DNA of 64,000 bases, taken from NCBI GenBank assembly GCA_963664405.1, contig OY761158.1, positions 480,001 to 544,000 of the forward strand, written 5' to 3'. A program made the position numbers and the translations under genes. The stretch is from Thermoanaerobaculia bacterium (GTDB lineage: Bacteria > Acidobacteriota > Thermoanaerobaculia > Multivoradales > Multivoraceae). Below the pieces are notes generated by a model. That model saw only the letters and a list, made by a program, of their open reading frames with translations, had not been told where the DNA came from and did not search any database. Positions 58,580-64,000 of this stretch are shown one piece after another (position 1 is the stretch's first letter; each line of letters begins with the position of its first letter).

Positions 58580-60004
58580 ATGAGCCATCGAGCCTCGACG
58601 CAACAACGCTGGGCGCAGTTTCGCTTCAGTGTGGTGGGTGAGCTGTTGGCTGCGCCTCCCGCACCGGGACATCTGCAGGTGGAATTGTCTCGACTCTCCC
58701 AGAAGGCCTGGCGCCATCCGATCACGGAGAAGGCGGTGTACTTTGCCCGCTCGACGATTGAGCGTTGGTACTACACGGCCCTGGCCGGTCGCGATCCGAT
58801 CGGGGCGCTACAACGCCGATCGAGAAGCGACAGCGGCCAAGCGCGCGCCATCCCAACCCGGATCGCCGAGCTGATCCACACGCAATACAAGGCCCACCCG
58901 ACGTGGAGCTACCAGCTCCATTGGGACAATCTGGACGTGGTGCTAAAAGAGCGACCGGAGCCAGGGAAGGTGCCTTCCTACTCCACCCTGCGCCGCTTCA
59001 TGATCGCGCACGGTTGGCCCAAACAACGACGCACGAAGGGAAAGGATCGCAGCACTGCCTCCGGTGCCCCTGCGCGCGAGAAGCGCAGCTACGAAGCCGA
59101 GTACGTCAACGGGCTCTGGCACCTCGACTTCCACCACGGCTCGCGCAAGATCCCGAGCTCCGCAGGGACCTGGGAAGTACCGATGCTGCTGGCGATTCTC
59201 GACGATCACTCCCGGCTCACCTGCCATCTGCAGTGGTATCTGCACGAGACCGCCGAGTGTCTGATCCACGCTCTGATCCAAGCCTTCATCAAACGCGGAC
59301 TGTGCCGCTCACTGCTCACCGATAACGGCAGCGCCATGATCGCCGACGAGACCACCGAGGGGCTCCTACGCCTCTCCGTCGTCCATCGCACCACATTGCC
59401 CCGGAGCCCCTATCAAAACGGGAAACAAGAAAACTTCTTCTCTCGAGTCGAATCCCGCCTCCTCGCCATGCTCGAAGGACACGCGGATCTCAATCTGGCA
59501 TTGCTCAATGAGGCGACGCTGGCTTGGGTGGAGATGGAGTATCACCGCAGCGTCCATTCCGAGACCGGCCAGACGCCGCTCGACCGCTTTCTCGAGGGTC
59601 CCTCCGTCTCTCGGATCTGCCCCAGCCTGGACGAGCTGCGCTTCGCCTTCACCGCCGCTCGAAAGCGCACCCAGCGCCAAAGCGACGGCACCATCAGTCT
59701 TGACGGCACCCGTTTCGAGATCCCCTCTCGTTTCCATCATCTCAACCGGATCTCGGTGCGATACCAGAGCTGGGAGAAAAGCTCCGTCTTCATGGTCGAC
59801 GAAAGCTCCGACGTCCCACTCGAGCGCCTCTACCCCATCGACAAGGCAAGAAACGCTTCCGGCATCCGCCGCCCGATCCAACCCCAGAGCACCGACGAGC
59901 CGACAGGCCCGGAGCCTGGCATCGCACCCCTACTCCGCAAACACATGGCGGAGTACGCCGCCACCGGGCTCCCGCCCGCCTACCTCAAAAAGGAGACACC
60001 GTGA
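58580..60004 (+). CDS. DDE integrase/transposase (rve, Mu/IS481-like)
   Basis: HTH (STIERWYY), WHLDFH, TDNGS, NGKQENFF, HSETGQTP; Mu-like C-terminal DGTISLDG.RFE. Confidence 0.92.
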   Translation: MSHRASTQQRWAQFRFSVVGELLAAPPAPGHLQVELSRLSQKAWRHPITEKAVYFARSTIERWYYTALAGRDPIGALQRRSRSDSGQARAIPTRIAELIHTQYKAHPTWSYQLHWDNLDVVLKERPEPGKVPSYSTLRRFMIAHGWPKQRRTKGKDRSTASGAPAREKRSYEAEYVNGLWHLDFHHGSRKIPSSAGTWEVPMLLAILDDHSRLTCHLQWYLHETAECLIHALIQAFIKRGLCRSLLTDNGSAMIADETTEGLLRLSVVHRTTLPRSPYQNGKQENFFSRVESRLLAMLEGHADLNLALLNEATLAWVEMEYHRSVHSETGQTPLDRFLEGPSVSRICPSLDELRFAFTAARKRTQRQSDGTISLDGTRFEIPSRFHHLNRISVRYQSWEKSSVFMVDESSDVPLERLYPIDKARNASGIRRPIQPQSTDEPTGPEPGIAPLLRKHMAEYAATGLPPAYLKKETP

Positions 60005-60846
60005 ACAACCAGAAACTACTGGCACTCTTCGGACTCAAATGGAACCCCTTTACCCCCAACATCCCCGTCGAAGCGCTGTGGCGACACCCGCATCTCGACC
60101 ACTTCTGCTGGCGCCTGGAGACCCTCGTCCACGACGGTGGCTTCGCATTGATCTCCGGTGATCCCGGCACCGGCAAGTCGGTCGCTCTACGCACCCTCGC
60201 TCACCACCTTCAACACCTGCCCGACCTGCGCACCGGAGTCCTCACGCGGCCACAGAGCAGTCTCGCCGACTTTTACCGTGAGCTCGGACAGCTCTTCGGG
60301 GTCCCGCTCAATCCACACAACCGATGGGCCGGATTCAAAGCCCTCCGACAGACCTGGCTCTCCCATGTCGATGCCACCCATCAAAGACCCGTACTCTTGA
60401 TCGACGAAGCACAGGAGCTCGCCGCCAACGTGCTGGCCGAACTGCGCATCCTCGCCTCTGCGGACTTCGACTCACGCTCCATCCTCACCGTCGTCCTGTG
60501 CGGCGACTCCCGACTCACACAGCTCTTCCGACGAGACGATTTCCTACCCGTCGCCAGCCGCATCCGCGTACGCCTCCTCCTCCTCGACTACCTGCCCCCA
60601 GAGACGTTGGCCGAATGGCTCCAGCACTCCCTGACACAAGCCGGAAACCCCAGTCTCCTCGACCACGAGGTCATCACCACTCTCGCCGAGCACGCCGCCA
60701 GAAACCTCAGAGTACTCGCACACATGGCCAACGAGCTCCTCGCCATGGCCGCCAAAGAAGAGCTACCCAACATCGATCAGAAGCTCTACCTCGAGGTCTT
60801 CTCGCCACCTACCTCCCAGCGCTCTCCCAGGAAAGCCCGTGCCTGA
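60001..60846 (+). CDS. ExeA-like AAA+ ATPase (transposition helper)
   Basis: Walker A GDPGTGKS, Walker B LLIDEAQ; GTGA overlap with the transposase. Confidence 0.92.
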   Translation: MNNQKLLALFGLKWNPFTPNIPVEALWRHPHLDHFCWRLETLVHDGGFALISGDPGTGKSVALRTLAHHLQHLPDLRTGVLTRPQSSLADFYRELGQLFGVPLNPHNRWAGFKALRQTWLSHVDATHQRPVLLIDEAQELAANVLAELRILASADFDSRSILTVVLCGDSRLTQLFRRDDFLPVASRIRVRLLLLDYLPPETLAEWLQHSLTQAGNPSLLDHEVITTLAEHAARNLRVLAHMANELLAMAAKEELPNIDQKLYLEVFSPPTSQRSPRKARA

Positions 60847-61186
60847 CTCCCCATCCGCCCAGCAACAACGACGGCACCTCCAGAGCGTCCTCGAGCTCTA
60901 TCGACGACATCCCCAAACCACCGGACGAGTCAGAAACGCCGATCGCCGCCTCGCCGTACATCTCTATCGAAACGGCGTTACCCTCGACACCATCAACGCT
61001 GCCTTACTACTCGTCGCCGCCAGGAGATGCAACGAGGCACACACCACAACCCCCATCCAGAGTCTCCACTACTTCCTCCCCGTCATCCGAGAGATTCGCG
61101 ATAGACCCCTCGATAACGGCTACCTCCGGTACCTTGAAACTCTCATCCGCGACAGCAGCCAAGACCCAGACCATCATTTACTGTGA
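60839..61186 (+). CDS. Small hypothetical transposon protein
   Basis: 115-aa ORF overlapping the ATPase stop; PIQSLHYFLPVIRE motif; stop lies in the right-end repeat. Confidence 0.7.
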   Translation: MPDSPSAQQQRRHLQSVLELYRRHPQTTGRVRNADRRLAVHLYRNGVTLDTINAALLLVAARRCNEAHTTTPIQSLHYFLPVIREIRDRPLDNGYLRYLETLIRDSSQDPDHHLL

Positions 61187-61216
61187 TCAGCCCGCCATCG
61201 ATTACCGTGATCACTC

Positions 61217-61801
61217 TCACTCCTCGGCGGCGAGGAGCTCCGTGACCCGAATCACCCACTTCTTCTGTGGGCGACTCTTGGTTCCGTGGACGGTCTCTCC
61301 GTCGTAACGAGCTTGCATCGTGAAGAGATCTCGCATCGTCCGCTCATAGATCTTCGCGACCTTCGTATGCAGCTGATTTGCAAGCGCTGGTCCCCCTTCG
61401 CTCCCGCTGACCTCCGTGGCGTCGAGCTCTTTGATCAGAAGGCGAGCGTGGTACTCGCTAATGTCGAAGTGCAACTGTTCATGGGCGAGTGTCCGATCGT
61501 TTCGTCCGCCAGGCTGCGCCCCCGATTCGAGCTTGTTCATCAGGGCATAGACAACCGCGTTCCGGGGCCGAGCAACAAAGCCATCGCCCACCTGCTCAGT
61601 CTGGATCTTCAGCGGATCGAGCACCACTATCGAAGCGATCCACGCCACCCCCTGACCTCGGACTACGGGCCCCCTGAAATCGCTCCAACTCAGGGTCTTA
61701 TAGGTGCACTCGGCCTCATGGTCGATGCGCGTGGCCGCACCGCTCGACGCACTCACCCCAAGGGCGAGAGCAAGAGCGAGCAAAGTCGAGCACAGTCGCA
61801 T
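61217..61801 (-). CDS. DUF922-like exported Zn-peptidase, last 5 codons displaced by the transposon
   Basis: LSWSDFRG, LAHEQLHFDISE; stop TGA supplied by the transposon end. Confidence 0.75.
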   Translation of the reverse strand: MRLCSTLLALALALGVSASSGAATRIDHEAECTYKTLSWSDFRGPVVRGQGVAWIASIVVLDPLKIQTEQVGDGFVARPRNAVVYALMNKLESGAQPGGRNDRTLAHEQLHFDISEYHARLLIKELDATEVSGSEGGPALANQLHTKVAKIYERTMRDLFTMQARYDGETVHGTKSRPQKKWVIRVTELLAAEE

Positions 61802-61865
61802 AACTACATACCTCTACGAAGATTGTAGACTTCTGGCCTTGCCTGCGAAATCTCTCGAAGCACCC

Positions 61866-62663
61866 GTGTCGCGTCGACTTCGAGTCATCTCCTGGAACGT
61901 CAACGGCCTCAGGGCCTGTGGTCGCAAGGGCTTCCTGCCCTGGCTCGCCAGCAGCCACGCACAGATCGTCGGTCTCCAGGAAGTGCGGGCTCTGCCCGAG
62001 CAGCTCACCCCTGAGATTCGCCGTCCGCGACGCTGGAAGACCAGCTTCAGCCCGGCGGAGAGACGCGGCTACAGTGGCGTAGGTCTCTTCAGCCGGACAG
62101 TGCCGGACGGCGTGCGCACAACTCTGGGCGAAGACCGTTTCGATCGCGAGGGCCGACTCCAGATCGCCCGTTTCGGACGTTTGGTTGTCGCCAACATCTA
62201 CTTTCCAAAGGGCAGCGGCACCCTGCGCGACAACAGCAGAGTGCCTTTCAAGCTTGACTTCTACCGCGCCCTCTTCGACCTTCTGGAGCGTTACAGGACC
62301 TCGGGCTACCGTGTTCTCGCAATGGGCGACTTCAACACCGCCCACAACGAGATCGATCTACGAAACCCCGGCCCCAACAAGAAGAACAGTGGCTTCCTGC
62401 CGGAAGAGCGGGCAGAGCTCGATCGCTGGGTGAAGGCCGGCTGGGTCGACACCTTCCGCACTTTCGAGGCCGGCCCGGGGCACTACAGTTGGTGGAGCCA
62501 GCGAATTGGCGCTCGCGACCGCAACGTCGGCTGGCGCATCGATTTCGTGCTGGCGTCGCCGGCCGCTGCGCGCCACCTTCGAGCAGCTTTTATCTGGCCT
62601 CACGTCACCGGGTCGGATCACTGCCCGGTGGGAGTAGACCTCGACCCTCAGATCGTCGAATGA
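61866..62663 (+). CDS. xth: Exodeoxyribonuclease III
   Basis: SWNVNGLRA, LQE, GYSGV, GDFNTAH, GWRID, SDHCP. Confidence 0.95.
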   Translation: MSRRLRVISWNVNGLRACGRKGFLPWLASSHAQIVGLQEVRALPEQLTPEIRRPRRWKTSFSPAERRGYSGVGLFSRTVPDGVRTTLGEDRFDREGRLQIARFGRLVVANIYFPKGSGTLRDNSRVPFKLDFYRALFDLLERYRTSGYRVLAMGDFNTAHNEIDLRNPGPNKKNSGFLPEERAELDRWVKAGWVDTFRTFEAGPGHYSWWSQRIGARDRNVGWRIDFVLASPAAARHLRAAFIWPHVTGSDHCPVGVDLDPQIVE

Positions 62664-62712
62664 TCCTTCCCCGCAAGCGGTCTCCATTCTTCGCCTCCAC
62701 TAGAATAGGACC

Positions 62713-63195
62713 GTGAGCCTGCCGCGGGCCAAGCAACCGCCGGAAGTGCAATCGAGCGCTCCGGCCCGAGATTTGCCGATCGGATGCGATCTCGTGCTTT
62801 ACGACGGGGTGTGCGCACTGTGCAATGGCACCGTGCGCTTTCTTCTAGCTAGAGATCAGGCGCGTCGTTTCCGCTACGCTCCGCTCCAGAGCGACTTTGC
62901 GCGTGAAGTGCTGGCTCGCCACCACCGGGACTCAACCGCCCTCGACACGATGTTTCTGGTCCAAAGCTACGGCGGCCCGGACGAGAGAGTGCTCCAAAAG
63001 TCGCAGGCCGTACTCGCGCTTGGCCGTCTACTGGGGCCACCCTGGAGCGCGGCGCGCGTCTTCGGCATCCTCCCCAGAGCCCTGCTCGACTTCAACTACG
63101 ACCTTGTCGCACGGCTCCGTTATCGACTGTTCGGGCGCTACGAGACCTGCCCACTGCCCAAACCAGAGCACCGTGCTCTCTTCATCGACAGCTGA
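62713..63195 (+). CDS. DCC1-like thiol-disulfide oxidoreductase (DUF393)
   Basis: YDGVCALCNG, APLQS, YDLVA..RYRLFG..C. Confidence 0.9.
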   Translation: MSLPRAKQPPEVQSSAPARDLPIGCDLVLYDGVCALCNGTVRFLLARDQARRFRYAPLQSDFAREVLARHHRDSTALDTMFLVQSYGGPDERVLQKSQAVLALGRLLGPPWSAARVFGILPRALLDFNYDLVARLRYRLFGRYETCPLPKPEHRALFIDS

Positions 63196-63351
63196 GCGAC
63201 CAACATGAGAAAGACCTACCCATCTTCGCCACGGAGCTCCTGCTGCGGGCCTAGGCGAGAAAATATCGGGCCGTCGAGAACGCCAGCGCCATCGACCGTA
63301 TCCTCGAAGCAACGGACGGTCTGACAGAGACCGCCACCCGATGGCGGCGCT

Positions 63352-64000
63352 TCAGTGCGTTGACCCGGGCACGACCTCACTGAAATTCGGCGCAGCGGCG
63401 AGAGGCGTCTTGCCCAGAGCCCAGTCGAGGGCATCCACAAAGGCGTGTTGAAAATCCTGGCGGTCCCAGACGTCCGCACGATGACCCATGCCGTTGTAGA
63501 AGACCCTGCCCTCGCCGACCTGAGCGCACCAGATGATCGGGTAGTCAGGCAGGTCGTACTTCTCGTCGACGAGGCGCTGCTTTGCGGTCTCGAGAAGAGC
63601 GAGAACGTGCATCCGGTCCTTCGCGAGGTTCTTGAAGACATACCACTCATCGAGCACCGTCCAGCCCTGCGGAACATGCCTCATCGTCGGATGGGCCTTG
63701 TCCACGACTCGCAACGCTCCTTTGAATTGTGCGCCATGAGTCGCGAACTCGCCGCCGATCAGCCGAACGTAGGGTGAGGCCTCGCCGGAAGGATCCGCGA
63801 GAGTATCGGTGGCCGAATGGAAGCCGAGAAAGGCCCCTCCGGCTTCGACCCAGGCGGTGAGCTCAGCAACGCCATTCGCTCCCATCGGGGGTTGAGAGTC
63901 GCCGCCGAAGATCCCCTCGCCATCGCCCGATTCGGTGAGATCGCCGGTGGTATAGAACACAAGCGCATCCAGCCCGGCGAGGACCTCGGTGCGAATGCGG
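63352..64000 (-). CDS. ThuA-like domain protein, 5'-partial at window edge
   Basis: FYTTG, GFHSATDT, GGEF..H, DEWY, GRVFYNGMGH. Confidence 0.88.
   Translation of the reverse strand, partial: RIRTEVLAGLDALVFYTTGDLTESGDGEGIFGGDSQPPMGANGVAELTAWVEAGGAFLGFHSATDTLADPSGEASPYVRLIGGEFATHGAQFKGALRVVDKAHPTMRHVPQGWTVLDEWYVFKNLAKDRMHVLALLETAKQRLVDEKYDLPDYPIIWCAQVGEGRVFYNGMGHRADVWDRQDFQHAFVDALDWALGKTPLAAAPNFSEVVPGSTH

Larger units (their letters stand above)
57661..61219 (+). mobile_element. Four-gene transposon with Mu/IS481-like DDE integrase and ExeA-like ATPase (3559 bp)
   Basis: TIR TGAGAGTGATCA(G/C)GGTA(G/A)T(T/C)GATGG; 5-bp CTCCT duplication (57656-57660, 61220-61224); secondary end repeats at 57701 and 61171. 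Confidence 0.92.

Noticed and set aside
63196-63351. Possible gene remnant between the DCC1 and ThuA genes
   Set aside because: One frame looks protein-like but has a stop and no recognisable family
1-64000. Apparent abundance of TCGA/CTCGAG
   Set aside because: Explainable by codon pairs such as CTC-GAG and ATC-GAC in a GC-rich genome; not quantified

Overview
GC-rich bacterial chromosomal window. The gene content (STAS, ThuA, DUF1028, cytochrome-c/Cu-monooxygenase fusion, short ParC/ParE) suggests Acidobacteriota, possibly Thermoanaerobaculia-like; this is inference only. It holds about 55 metabolic and housekeeping genes: an M32 carboxypeptidase, an imuA-imuB mutasome without dnaE2, an Lrp-linked aromatic amino-acid cluster (phhA, YdjY-like lipoprotein, decarboxylase / aminotransferase, hppD, hmgA), a SoxR-box MerR module, a peptide ABC transporter, two toxin-antitoxin-type pairs, P450-ferredoxin, parE-parC, rsgA and xth. 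Two complete mobile elements are delimited: an ISAzo13 (24195-26199, TTA duplication) and a 4-gene TG..CA transposon with a DDE integrase and AAA ATPase (57661-61219, CTCCT duplication). The most unusual signal is a set of non-coding palindromic elements at (C/T)TA(G/A) sites. Four 166-257 bp elements share one structured core but carry two unrelated sets of terminal inverted repeats; one is inserted in frame into a signal peptide and one splits a TA operon. There is also a collapsed 29-bp end-only scar and a 34-bp palindrome family. At least four genes appear broken by large deletions. No CRISPR array, tRNA or rRNA was seen.
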